This document shows positions 48,864-60,228 of a stretch of 64,000 bases of DNA, piece after piece (positions within the stretch are counted from its first letter, which is position 1; each line of letters begins with the position of its first letter). Both the position numbers and the translations under genes were made by a program. The stretch covers positions 25,957 through 89,956 of the forward strand of contig CAWAXX010000009.1 in the NCBI GenBank assembly GCA_963786105.1, read 5' to 3'. Source of the stretch: Vulcanimicrobiota bacterium (GTDB lineage Bacteria > Vulcanimicrobiota > Vulcanimicrobiia > Vulcanimicrobiales > Vulcanimicrobiaceae). The notes beneath the pieces were generated by a model. It saw nothing but the letters and a program-made list of their open reading frames with translations, was not told the origin of the DNA and made no database searches.

Positions 48864-49754
48864 ATGGAACATGCCGGAACGATCACCGTCAAGCGCGGGC
48901 TCGCGCAAATGCTCAAGGGCGGCGTCATCATGGACGTCGTCACGCCGGAGCAAGCCGTCGTCGCCCAGGAGGCGGGTGCCGTCGCGGTTATGGCCCTGGA
49001 GCGAATTCCCGCCGATATCCGCGCCGCCGGAGGCGTCGCTCGGATGAGCAGCCTCGACCTGATCCAAGGCATTATGGACGCCGTCACCATTCCCGTCATG
49101 GCGAAAGTGCGCATCGGTCATTTCGCCGAGGCGCAAGTGCTGCAGCAACTCGGCGTCGACTACGTTGACGAGTCCGAAGTGCTCACGCCCGCGGACGACA
49201 AGTATCACATCGACAAACATCCCTTCACGACCCCGTTCGTTTGCGGCGCGCGCGATTTGGGCGAAGCGCTGCGGCGTATCTCCGAAGGCGCCGCGATGAT
49301 TCGCAGCAAGGGCGAAGCCGGCAGCGGAAACATCGTCGAAGCCGTGCGTCACATGCGCGCGATTAAGGACGGCATTCGCGAACTTGGCGCGGCCCCCAAA
49401 GAAGAGCTGGTCGCGCGCGCCCGCGATTTGGGAGCTCCGCTCGAGCTCGTGCAGTCGGTCGCCAAAGAAGGAAAGCTGCCCGTCGTTCTGTTTTGCGCCG
49501 GCGGCGTTTCGACCCCGGCCGACGCCGCGCTGATGATGCAGTTGGGGGCCGAGGGCATCTTCGTCGGGAGCGGCATCTTCAAGTCGAGCGATTCGCGGAA
49601 GTTTGCCAAGGCAATCGTCGATGCGACCACGCATTTCGGCGACGCGAAAATCGTGATGGAAGCCTGCCGTTCGCTGGGCGAGTCCGAGGCGATGCCCGGA
49701 ATCGACGTGCGTACGCTCGACGCAACGCAGCTGTTCGCCGCTCGCGGGAATTAA
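48864..49754 (+). CDS. pdxS: PLP synthase lyase subunit
   Basis: [44 protein letters not shown]. Confidence 0.98.
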   Translation: MEHAGTITVKRGLAQMLKGGVIMDVVTPEQAVVAQEAGAVAVMALERIPADIRAAGGVARMSSLDLIQGIMDAVTIPVMAKVRIGHFAEAQVLQQLGVDYVDESEVLTPADDKYHIDKHPFTTPFVCGARDLGEALRRISEGAAMIRSKGEAGSGNIVEAVRHMRAIKDGIRELGAAPKEELVARARDLGAPLELVQSVAKEGKLPVVLFCAGGVSTPADAALMMQLGAEGIFVGSGIFKSSDSRKFAKAIVDATTHFGDAKIVMEACRSLGESEAMPGIDVRTLDATQLFAARGN

Positions 49755-49756
49755 GA

Positions 49757-50386
49757 ATCGCTTACGAGACGACCGTACGTCCGTTAGTCGGCGTGCTGGC
49801 GCTGCAGGGCGACGTCGTCGAGCACGTCGCCGCGCTCGAGCGTGCCGGTGCCTCGCCGGTTGTGGTGAAGACGCCCGCCGATCTGGCGCGGGTCGCCGGG
49901 CTGATCGTTCCGGGCGGTGAATCCACGACGGTCATGAAGCTGCTCGAGCGGTTCGAGCTGGCCGCCCCCATCGTGGCCCGCGTGCGTGCCGGCATGCCGT
50001 TCTGGGGTACGTGCATGGGGACGATCGTCGCCGCGCACGACGTCGTCGGACTCCATCAGCCGACGCTCGACCTCATCGACATCAGCGTTCGTCGCAATGC
50101 ATTCGGCCGGCAAAACGAGTCGGCGGAAGTCGACCTGTCGATTCCAGTGCTCGGCAGCCGGCCGTTTCGCGCGATCTTCATTCGCGCGCCGTGGATCGAG
50201 CGCGCGGGACCGGAGGTCGAGGTCCTTGCCGAGCGAGCAGGGCACGGCGTGATGGTGCGCCAGCGTAACGTCCTCGGCACGTCGTTCCATCCCGAACTCG
50301 GTGGCGACCTTCGCGTTCACGCGTACTTCCTGGAAATGATCGGCCGGCCGCAATCGCACGTAGGGAAGGCTTCCACCGCCGCGTAA
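49757..50386 (+). CDS. pdxT: PLP synthase glutaminase subunit; start uncertain
   Basis: GVLALQG, PGGESTT, GTCMG, RRNAFGRQ, FHPEL. Confidence 0.94.
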   Translation: MAYETTVRPLVGVLALQGDVVEHVAALERAGASPVVVKTPADLARVAGLIVPGGESTTVMKLLERFELAAPIVARVRAGMPFWGTCMGTIVAAHDVVGLHQPTLDLIDISVRRNAFGRQNESAEVDLSIPVLGSRPFRAIFIRAPWIERAGPEVEVLAERAGHGVMVRQRNVLGTSFHPELGGDLRVHAYFLEMIGRPQSHVGKASTAA

Positions 50387-50399
50387 CATCCACGTCAGG

Positions 50400-50687
50400 A
50401 TGACGACGACTCCCGAAGAAACAGGGGGAGGATTTCAGGGACAGATTCCCCCGGTCGAGCCGCTGCTCACCGAGGTCATCGCCACGCTGTCGCTGGCGGC
50501 GCACGCCTACTTGACCGGAGGCGAAGGCGACGAACCCGATCGCGCGTCGGCCGAGGTGGCGATCGACGTTGCCAGCGCTGCCTTCGAACGGGTCAAAGAA
50601 CGCCTGCGCCCGGAAGAGCGGTTAGCAGTCACGCAAATGCTAACCGAAACGCGACTGACGTTCGTTCGAAAGCAGCGGGGCATCTGA
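50400..50687 (+). CDS. Hypothetical helical protein
   Basis: 95-aa ORF within the codirectional cluster. Confidence 0.65.
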   Translation: MTTTPEETGGGFQGQIPPVEPLLTEVIATLSLAAHAYLTGGEGDEPDRASAEVAIDVASAAFERVKERLRPEERLAVTQMLTETRLTFVRKQRGI

Positions 50688-50729
50688 AATGCCTCGCTGC
50701 TGCAAAGAGACCGTCCGGGGAGCGTCGCG

Positions 50730-51260
50730 ATGAGCGACGTTCTCGTCTTGAATTTCACGTACGAAGCGCTCAACATCACGAGCTTCCAGCGCGCGGTCAG
50801 GATGATTTTTGCGGGGAAAGCCGAGCTGCTGCACGGCCGCGACCGGATGCTGGTCTCGACGTCGTGCGAGATGCGCATGCCGTCGATCATTCGCATGCTG
50901 TACTACATTCGGCGCCCGATGCAGAAAGTCGCGCTGACGAAGAAGAACGTCCTGATACGCGACGACCATACCTGCCAATACTGCGGAACGCACGGCGAAA
51001 AACTGATGACCGTCGACCACGTCATCCCCAAGAGCCGGGGCGGCCCCTCGACGTGGGAAAACTTGGTGTGCGCCTGCATGCGCTGTAACAACCGCAAGAA
51101 TAACCGGACGCCCAACGAGGCGAACATGTCGCTCAAGCGGAAGCCCCGGCAGCCGAAGTATATTCCGTGGATTCAGATCAAGCGCAACACGCTGCCCGAC
51201 GAGTGGGGCAAGTTCCTGTTCCTCTACAGCGTATCGATCGACGAACGCGTCGAAGCATAG
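50730..51260 (+). CDS. HNH endonuclease (McrA-like small family)
   Basis: VLVLN..YE, RDDHTCQYCG, TVDHVIPKSRGG..WENLV.AC..CNNRK. Confidence 0.93.
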   Translation: MSDVLVLNFTYEALNITSFQRAVRMIFAGKAELLHGRDRMLVSTSCEMRMPSIIRMLYYIRRPMQKVALTKKNVLIRDDHTCQYCGTHGEKLMTVDHVIPKSRGGPSTWENLVCACMRCNNRKNNRTPNEANMSLKRKPRQPKYIPWIQIKRNTLPDEWGKFLFLYSVSIDERVEA

Positions 51261-51263
51261 TCA

Positions 51264-51402
51264 GACTCGAACGACATGACACCCTCGGGACGTTCGCGTT
51301 TTCGCGTCCGTGCGAAAACGCTAGTGTCTGGCGCGGCGCTCTCGGCATCCGTGCCTCCGCGCCGCGTCCAGAGCCCCTCGGGTTGGCACGTCGTCCGAAG
51401 TC
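51264..51402. repeat. Palindromic intergenic repeat, copy 1 of a ~105-bp core inside an outer stem
   Basis: 51280-~51385 is near-identical to 59446-~59550. Confidence 0.85.
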
Positions 51403-51418
51403 CTAATGCGGATTAGGC

Positions 51419-52903
51419 ATGGATCAGACTAGGACGCCGTATTTTCAGGCATTGCTCGACTACGTAGATTCGGGCGTGCTGCCGTTTCATACGCCGGGCC
51501 ACATTCAGGGCATCGGTATGGATCTGGCGTTCCGCGAGTTCGTCGGCGACAATATTTGCGCGATCGACCTGACGCCGATGCCCGGTATCGACGACCTGTT
51601 GCAGCCGCTCGAATCGATCAAGGAAGCGCAAGAACTTGCGGCCGAGGCGTGGGGCGCCGATCGCACGTTCTTCCTGATCAACGGGTCGACCAGCGGCAAT
51701 CAGTGCATGATGATGACGGCGGCGAATCCCGGCGACGAGATCGCGGTGCCGCGCAACTCGCACAAGTCGATGCTCGGCGGTTTGGTGATGAGCGGCGCGC
51801 GCCCGATCTACATGCAGCCCGAGGTAGACGAAGAGCTGCACATGGACCACTGCGTCACGCCCGAAACGGTCGCCAGAACGCTCGAAGAGCACCCCGGCTT
51901 GACGTCCGTGTACGTCGTTTCGCCGACCTACTACGGCGTGGCCGCCGACTTGGCGTCGATCGAACGAATCGTTCACGATGCCGGCAAACTGCTGCTGGTC
52001 GACGAAGCCTGGGGGCCGCACTTCCACTTTCATCCAGCCCTGCCGCTGTCGGCGACGAGCGCCGGCGCCGATTTATGCATCAATTCGACCCACAAGATGC
52101 TCTCGGCATTCTCGCAGTGCGCGATGCTGCACCAAAAGGGCGAGCGCGTTCGCGTCGACCGCCTCAAAGCCGTCCTCAAGATGTTCCTTTCCACGTCCCC
52201 CAACTTGCCGATGGTCGCTTCGCTCGACGTAGCCCGCAAGCAGATGGCAACCGAGGGCGCCGCCTTGCTATCGCGCACGATCGAGTTGGCGCAGGAGACG
52301 CGCCGGCGGATCAATCGCATCGACGGCCTCTACTGCCTCGGCGAAGACATGCTGGGTCGAAACGGCGTGTTCGATCTCGATCCGACGAAGATTGCAGTGA
52401 CCGTCAAAGGCCTCGGGTACACCGGCTACGAGGCCTCCGAAATTCTGCGCCACCGCTACAATATTCAGGTCGAGCTTGCCGACCTGTTCAACGTCGTGGC
52501 CCTCTTTACGATTGGGACGACGCGTGAAGCTGCCGATCGCCTCGCGAGCGCTTTCGAAGAAATGGCGCGCGACGAGCGGGCGGTCGACATGTACGCGCCG
52601 TCAGGAATTCTCGAGCGGCGGCTTCACCTCGGAAGTTACCGATTGCCGAAGATTCCTCCGATGCGAATGTCGCCGCGCGATGCGTTCTTGGCCGACACAG
52701 AGTTCGTAAAATTTAAGGATTCTAAAGGCCGCATCTGCGCCGAAACGATCTCTCCCTACCCGCCGGGCATTCCCGTGATCGCCCCGGGTGAAGAGATCAC
52801 CAGCGATCTGATCGCCTACCTGCGGCTGGAGATGAAGGCCGGCGTTCGCATTCAAGGCACCTACGACGACGCGCTCAAGGTCATCCGCGTCGTCAAAGAG
52901 TGA
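51419..52903 (+). CDS. Orn/Lys/Arg decarboxylase (fold type I PLP, SpeA/YaaO-like)
   Basis: FHTPGH, NGSTSG, RNSHKS, VDEAWG, STHK, YPPGIP. Confidence 0.92.
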   Translation: MDQTRTPYFQALLDYVDSGVLPFHTPGHIQGIGMDLAFREFVGDNICAIDLTPMPGIDDLLQPLESIKEAQELAAEAWGADRTFFLINGSTSGNQCMMMTAANPGDEIAVPRNSHKSMLGGLVMSGARPIYMQPEVDEELHMDHCVTPETVARTLEEHPGLTSVYVVSPTYYGVAADLASIERIVHDAGKLLLVDEAWGPHFHFHPALPLSATSAGADLCINSTHKMLSAFSQCAMLHQKGERVRVDRLKAVLKMFLSTSPNLPMVASLDVARKQMATEGAALLSRTIELAQETRRRINRIDGLYCLGEDMLGRNGVFDLDPTKIAVTVKGLGYTGYEASEILRHRYNIQVELADLFNVVALFTIGTTREAADRLASAFEEMARDERAVDMYAPSGILERRLHLGSYRLPKIPPMRMSPRDAFLADTEFVKFKDSKGRICAETISPYPPGIPVIAPGEEITSDLIAYLRLEMKAGVRIQGTYDDALKVIRVVKE

Positions 52904-53005
52904 GATGCCCAACGGCGCGCGTTAGACGTGCGGGGAAATGGGAAGGGACTTACTCACAGGCCGGATAACGCAACCAAGACTACCTCAGGGAAGGCAGGGT
53001 CAGTA

Positions 53006-54540
<1,535 letters not shown>

Positions 54541-54544
<4 letters not shown>

Positions 54545-55188
54545 GTCGATCGCGGTTTGTGCCGGGCGCGGTGTTCGTCGTAGTCGAAGGCATCGAGGGC
54601 AGCGGCAAGAGCACGCTGCTGGCGGCGCTCGCCGCCAGGATGCGTTCCGAAGGGGACGATCCGTTCGTCACCCGCGAACCCGGGGGAACTCCGATCGGTG
54701 ACGCGGTCCGCGCCTTGTTTCTCGACGGTGCGGTTTCGATCGCTCCGCTGACCGAAGCGTTGCTGGTTAACGCCGCCCGCGCCCAACACGTGTCGGATGC
54801 GATTCGTCCCGCGCTGGATGCGGGGCGTCCGGTGTTGTGCGATCGTTTCGTAGACTCGACGCTTGCCTATCAAGGGTACGGCCGCGGCCTGAGCGTGCCG
54901 TTCCTGCGCGACCTGTGCAACGCCGCTACCGGCGGCCTCGCACCCGATGTGACGCTCTTAGTCGACGTTCCGGTAGACGTTTCACGCGCACGAACGTTAT
55001 CCCGAGCCCGCGAAGCCGACCGTCTCGAGAGCGAGGACGATGCGTTTCACGAACGCGTTCGTCTCGGCTATCTGGAACTCGCCACCCTGTCGGGGCACTG
55101 CGTCCTCGACGGAACGCTGACGGCAGAGCGGGTCCTCGAGGGCGCGTTGCAGGCGTTGCGCGCGCTCGCGGCGGACGGCGTGACGTGA
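54541..55188 (+). CDS. tmk: Thymidylate kinase
   Basis: EGIEGSGKST, TREPGGT, CDRFVDSTLAYQG, DRLE. Confidence 0.96.
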
Positions 55189-56213
55189 GCGAGCTGCAGT
55201 TCGACGTCGCCGCCGCCGACGGTCCAAAACGCTACTTCGGCGCACTCTCGCGGAAATCGCTGGCGCATGCCTACCTCTTTACCGGTCCGGCCGGCGTCGG
55301 CAAGAAGACGTTTGCCCGGCGATTAGCACAGTCGTTGCTGTGTCTTGCGCCCAAAGACGACCTGCTCGGCTACGATGGGACCTGCTCGTCGTGCGCGATG
55401 TTCTCGGGCGGCGAGAACACGCGGCATCCGGATTTCATCGAGCACGACGGCGCTTTGAAAATCGGCGAATCGGGCGCCGCCACGGGCTTCTACGAAAGCG
55501 ATGAGATGACCGCACGCGACATCGTTCGCCTGCTTTCGATGCAGTCGTACGTCGGTGGGATGCGCATCCTGCTGTTGGGCGACGTCGATTTTGCCAGCCC
55601 GGCCGCTGCCAACGCTCTGCTGAAGTTCCTTGAAGAGCCGCCGCGCGGCGTGCTGTTGATTTTGACCACAGCAACACCCGGACGATTGCTGCCTACGATT
55701 CGATCGCGCTTGATCGAGCTGCGCTTTCCGCTGCTTTCAAAACAAACACTGCACGAGGTGTTGCACCGGCGCGGTTTTAGTTCGGCGGATGCCGATCTTG
55801 GGGCATCGCTCGGCGCCGGCAGCGTTACGCGCGCACTGGCTGCACTGGAGGGCGAGGAGGAATCGCTGCGGGCGCAGGTTGCACGGTGGTTCTTCGAAAG
55901 CGTCGAGGGAAAAGTGCCGGAGCGCCCGTGGGCCACTCGTGAAACGCTGGACGAAGGCCTTCAAACGGTTAAGACGTTGGCGCGCGACTGGATCGTCGTC
56001 GGGTCGGGCGGCGAAGCTGCGGCGATCGCCTGCACCGACTACGCGCAGCCGCTTCGACGGTTACCGCCGCTGCCGCCGGCCCGCGCGGCAGAACTGCTCG
56101 GGAAGCTCGACGACGCCGCGCGTCTCGCGCGCACCAACGTTTCGGCCGCGTTGGTAGGCGAGATCGTACGCATGGCGCTGACGAGAGCGCGCAGCCTTAC
56201 CAAGACCGCGTGA
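55185..56213 (+). CDS. holB: DNA polymerase III delta-prime subunit
   Basis: HAYLFTGPAGVGK, HPDF, ANALLKFLEEP, LLPTIRSR; follows tmk. Confidence 0.9.
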   Translation: MSELQFDVAAADGPKRYFGALSRKSLAHAYLFTGPAGVGKKTFARRLAQSLLCLAPKDDLLGYDGTCSSCAMFSGGENTRHPDFIEHDGALKIGESGAATGFYESDEMTARDIVRLLSMQSYVGGMRILLLGDVDFASPAAANALLKFLEEPPRGVLLILTTATPGRLLPTIRSRLIELRFPLLSKQTLHEVLHRRGFSSADADLGASLGAGSVTRALAALEGEEESLRAQVARWFFESVEGKVPERPWATRETLDEGLQTVKTLARDWIVVGSGGEAAAIACTDYAQPLRRLPPLPPARAAELLGKLDDAARLARTNVSAALVGEIVRMALTRARSLTKTA

Positions 56214-56895
56214 ACGCGACGTCGTCGTACTGTTTGGCAAAGGGGAAGGCCAGGTAAGCCAGGACGAGGGCGCGCACGGCGGCCATCACGAGTTGCCACT
56301 CCAGGGGCGTAAAACGTTGCAAGAGATACGGCAAGCCGACCGGCACGAGCAGATACCAAAGCGCGAAGAACACGAGCGCCAGGATCAGCGACGCCGCTAC
56401 GTGCGCGCGCACGCCGCGTATCGAGGCGGAGATCGCGAGCGATCCCGGCATTCCGCCGATGGCCGCCGCCGGGATGGTATAGATGAGGAAGAAGGCGGCA
56501 ACCGCGCCAAGCGCGAGTCCCAACAACGGCGCGAGGAACGAGCCCACGTACGACGCCGCCCACACGACGAACTGAAAGCCGATGGCGGCCAACAGAATTC
56601 CGCCGAACTTCACCCGCGACTCTTCCCACGCTTCGTCGAACGAACCGCGCCGCCCGCGCCAAATGTTGCTCGCTTGGATGATTGCGACGCCGAACGCCCA
56701 TAGGTAGACGAGCTGAACGAGCAGTGAGAAGAGTCCGCTACCGAGTCCCCCGGCGGCATCGGTGAACATCGGGGTGACCTGATCGACGAGCACGTCCACC
56801 ACGGCCGCTAAGAGGGGAACCGCCAGAATCGACGGATGACGGAAGAGCAGCGGCACCGCCCGCACGTACATTCCCAAGTCGAGGCTGCGCAGCAT
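56197..56895 (-). CDS. Hypothetical multi-pass membrane protein
   Basis: About 6 hydrophobic segments; 1 bp after mtnP stop. Confidence 0.75.
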   Translation of the reverse strand: MLRSLDLGMYVRAVPLLFRHPSILAVPLLAAVVDVLVDQVTPMFTDAAGGLGSGLFSLLVQLVYLWAFGVAIIQASNIWRGRRGSFDEAWEESRVKFGGILLAAIGFQFVVWAASYVGSFLAPLLGLALGAVAAFFLIYTIPAAAIGGMPGSLAISASIRGVRAHVAASLILALVFFALWYLLVPVGLPYLLQRFTPLEWQLVMAAVRALVLAYLAFPFAKQYDDVAFTRSW

Positions 56896-56896
56896 T

Positions 56897-57694
56897 TTAC
56901 AGGCGGGCTCCCTCGAGCGCGTGCTTGCACGAGCAATCGGCGCCGACGTCGACGCGTTTGACGATCTCGGCGATCGCGGATTTGACGAGTTCGTTGTTCT
57001 GCTTGAAAACCTCGACGACCGCGTCGACCGAGACCGGCGCGACCCCATCGAGGCCGACGTCGTAGTCGGTGATCAGCGAGATGTTAACGTAGCACATCTC
57101 GAGTTCGCGCGCGAGATAGCACTCGGGATATTGCGTCATGTTGATGACTTCCCATCCCTGATCTTGAAACCACTTGGACTCGGCGCGCGTCGAGAATCGC
57201 GGACCGGAGATGACCGCCACCGTGCCGCGCGCATGGGTTTCGATCCCGAGGGCCCGCAGAGCGTCGATCGCAATTGGGCGCAGCGTCGGACAGTATGGAT
57301 CGGCGAAGCTGACGTGCGTCACCGGCGGTCCGTCGTAAAACGTGTCCTTGCGGCCGCTGGTGAAATTGGCGAGTTGGTCGCACACGACCATCGACCCCGG
57401 AGCCACGTCCTTCTTGAGCGACCCGGCCGCGGTTGGTCCGAGTATCCAACGCACGCCCAGCGATTTCATCGTATAGACGTTCGCGCGATAGTTGATCGAT
57501 TGGGGTGTGAAACGATGGTCGTTGCCGTGGCGCGGAAGAAACGCGACGCGCTTTCCGGCGATTTCGCCGACGGCGACGCGATCGCTCGGTGCGCCGTAGG
57601 GTGTCTCGATCCACGCTTCGCGCGCGTCCTCGATCAGCGAGTAGAAGCCCGATCCCCCGAACACGCCGATCTCGGCACTCAACCCTCGTTCCAT
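56897..57694 (-). CDS. mtnP: S-methyl-5'-thioadenosine phosphorylase
   Basis: GGSG, TPYGAPS, FLPRHG, GPRFSTRAES, NMT..PE, TDYD. Confidence 0.93.
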   Translation of the reverse strand: MERGLSAEIGVFGGSGFYSLIEDAREAWIETPYGAPSDRVAVGEIAGKRVAFLPRHGNDHRFTPQSINYRANVYTMKSLGVRWILGPTAAGSLKKDVAPGSMVVCDQLANFTSGRKDTFYDGPPVTHVSFADPYCPTLRPIAIDALRALGIETHARGTVAVISGPRFSTRAESKWFQDQGWEVINMTQYPECYLARELEMCYVNISLITDYDVGLDGVAPVSVDAVVEVFKQNNELVKSAIAEIVKRVDVGADCSCKHALEGARL

Positions 57695-57748
57695 GGCGGG
57701 TCGGTTTTCGAGGTAGGCTCCGCGTACCCTCGAACGCTGCAGCGGAGA

Positions 57749-59374
57749 ATGTATAATGCCGTTTTATTTGCACTCGTACTGGCAGTGCTCGCAGGTTGCA
57801 CGAGAACGGCGCCCGCGCCTTCGGCCGGAACTCGCCACGCGTGGACGGTTCCGCACGATCTGCGCATAGCGGATATTTCCGACCCCGACCGTTTGAACCC
57901 GTACCTCTCGGAAATGGATATCTCGTACGATTTGGCCTCGTTGGTGTATTCGTATCTCGTCATTGCCGACGATCGCGGCCGTTTGATCGGCGATCTTGCC
58001 GAATCGGTGCCGTCGCTCGCAAACGGCGGTATCTCGCGCGATGGCCGAACGTATACGTATCGCCTGCGCCGGAATGTGGTGTGGCAAGACGGCGTGCCGT
58101 TTGGAGCGCGCGACGTGGTCGCGTCGTGGCAAGCCGTGATGAATCCGCGCAACGATACGTTCGAGCACGAGGGCTACGACCGCGTCGAGCGCATCGAAGC
58201 GAAGGGACCGGATACGGTGGTCGTGCACCTCCGCGAACGCTATCCTCCGTTCGTTTCGCGCTTCTTTGCGCCGCTCCAGGAAGGTGGAAAGCCGGTGCTG
58301 CCCGCGCATATCCTCGCGCGCGAAAGCGATTTCAATACCGGACGGCTGGCCGCCCATCCGGTCGGCACGGGTCCGTTTGCTTTCGTATCGTGGGCGCGCG
58401 GCGATCGTATCGTGCTGCGGCGCTTCGACCGGTACTTCAAAGGGCGTCCCGCGTTGGCCCGCATCGAGCTGCACTTCGTCCCCAACGATCAGACGACCGT
58501 CGCCGAACTGGAGGAACATCAGGTCGACCTGATCGTGGCGCCGCAAACCACGCTGCTCGACCAATACCGTGCCGTCGACGGCGTGACCGTCGATACGGCA
58601 CCATGGAACTCGCAATCGGCGGTGATGATCGATGCGCGAAAGCCGGGCCTGCACGACGTCGGAGTACGGCGTGCGATTGCCGGGGCGGTACCGTATGAGG
58701 TGATCTTGCACGACGTGACGCGCGATATGTACCGCGAGGCGCGCAACAGCCTTCCGCCCACCGCGCTCGGGTACGAGCCGCTGCCACGGCGAAATTACGA
58801 CCCCGCCGCCGTCGGCCGGCTGCTCGAAGGCGCGGGATGGCACCGCGGCGCCGACGGCATTCGCGTGCGCGACGGCGTGCGCCTCGCCTTTACGCTCGTT
58901 ACCATTGCCGGGGCGACGAACCTGGAGCGCACCGCCCTCCTGATGCAAGCGTCGCTGCGCGCGGCCGGCGTCGACCTCGCAATCAAGACCTATCCGTACC
59001 GCACCATCTTTGCCGCGCCGAACGGTCCGATCTACAGCGGCTCGTACGATCTCGCTCTCTATAGCAATACGCTCAACTGGGATCCCGACGTCTATAACTT
59101 TACCGCCTGCGACCGATGGTACCCAGCCGGTCAAAACATCTTCCGGTTTTGCGACCCGCGACTGGACGCCCTCGAACGCGCGGGGTTACAAACCGACGAC
59201 CCGTCGCGGCGCGCGACCATTTACCGGGCGGCAAGCCGGCTCATGTGGTCGGTCGTTCCGTACGTTCCGGTTTACAACGGCCGCCGTTTGATCGTGCGGT
59301 CGTCGGACTTGAAGAACTACCGCGTCAACCCGACGTCAACACCTTGGTGGAATGCGTGGCAATGGGATATTTAG
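57749..59374 (+). CDS. Peptide ABC transporter substrate-binding lipoprotein (family 5)
   Basis: Lipobox LAGC; YTYRLRRNVVWQDG, PVGTGPF. Confidence 0.9.
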   Translation: MYNAVLFALVLAVLAGCTRTAPAPSAGTRHAWTVPHDLRIADISDPDRLNPYLSEMDISYDLASLVYSYLVIADDRGRLIGDLAESVPSLANGGISRDGRTYTYRLRRNVVWQDGVPFGARDVVASWQAVMNPRNDTFEHEGYDRVERIEAKGPDTVVVHLRERYPPFVSRFFAPLQEGGKPVLPAHILARESDFNTGRLAAHPVGTGPFAFVSWARGDRIVLRRFDRYFKGRPALARIELHFVPNDQTTVAELEEHQVDLIVAPQTTLLDQYRAVDGVTVDTAPWNSQSAVMIDARKPGLHDVGVRRAIAGAVPYEVILHDVTRDMYREARNSLPPTALGYEPLPRRNYDPAAVGRLLEGAGWHRGADGIRVRDGVRLAFTLVTIAGATNLERTALLMQASLRAAGVDLAIKTYPYRTIFAAPNGPIYSGSYDLALYSNTLNWDPDVYNFTACDRWYPAGQNIFRFCDPRLDALERAGLQTDDPSRRATIYRAASRLMWSVVPYVPVYNGRRLIVRSSDLKNYRVNPTSTPWWNAWQWDI

Positions 59375-59619
59375 CCGCGTGTCATCCTGAGCGGAGCGAG
59401 CGATAGCGAGCGCAGTCGAAGGACGATCGTTTCGCAATTACTCGCCACCCTCGGGACGTTCGCGTTTTCGCGTCCGTGCGAAAACGCTACTCGGCTGGCG
59501 CGTCGCTCTCGGCATCCGTGCCTCCGCTCCGCGTCCAGACGCCCTCAGGCCGGCGAGTAATTCCTAAACGATCGTCCTTCGACTGGCGCCTGCGGCGCTC
59601 CGCTCGGGATGACACGCGG
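59375..59619. repeat. Composite ~245-bp palindrome: inverted REP-like arms enclosing copy 2 of the ~105-bp core
   Basis: CCGCGTGTCATCCTGAGCGGAGCG..AGTCGAAGGACGATCGTTT..AATTACTCGCC paired with its reverse complement at the other end. Confidence 0.88.
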
Positions 59620-59645
59620 TTCCGCTCAGCGTGATACAGGGATCT

Positions 59646-60122
59646 TCAGCGGTTGAAGTCCGAGGGCTTGAGATCGTCGAGGAACTTCTTAAAGCGCGCC
59701 ATCTCGGTGTCGTTGACCGGTTTCTTCTCGGCCGTTGCTTCCTCGAGCACGATCTTGTCCGAGACGAATATCGGCGCTTGAACGCGCAGAGCCAGCGCGA
59801 TGCCGTCCGAGGGGCGCGCGTCGATTTCTTGAAGGTCGCCGTTGGTTTTCACGACGAGCTTTGCAAAGAACGTTGAGTCCCGGATGTCGTGAATCACGAC
59901 CTGTTCGAGGTTCGCGTTGAGCGTTTCGAGGATGTTGCGCATCAGGTCGTGCGAGAGCGGGCGAGGAACCGGCGCGCCTTCCAAGGCCAGAGCGATTGCG
60001 GTGGCTTCGAACGGGCCGATGAGGATCGGCAGGTAGTGAGAGCCGTCCATATCCTTGAGGATGACCACCGGATCGTGAGTCAGGAGGTCGATGCCCAGTT
60101 TGTCGACCTTCATTTGGCGCAT
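59646..60122 (-). CDS. Bifunctional nuclease family (DUF151) protein
   Basis: LPILIGPFEA.AI, PRPLSHDL, IDARPSDGIALA. Confidence 0.92.
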   Translation of the reverse strand: MRQMKVDKLGIDLLTHDPVVILKDMDGSHYLPILIGPFEATAIALALEGAPVPRPLSHDLMRNILETLNANLEQVVIHDIRDSTFFAKLVVKTNGDLQEIDARPSDGIALALRVQAPIFVSDKIVLEEATAEKKPVNDTEMARFKKFLDDLKPSDFNR

Positions 60123-60228
60123 GCCGACCTATCCGACGCGTCCGGCGCGAGCGCCTCCAAGCGCGCCGCGGGGGTGTCGAGGCCGGTAGGGCGAGAGGCA
60201 CGAGCAGCCGAACGGAGGGCGGTTCATC

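Noticed and set aside
50730..51260. HNH gene as a defence or mobile element
   Set aside because: Belongs to a widespread small stand-alone family within housekeeping context, with no methylase or other partner nearby.
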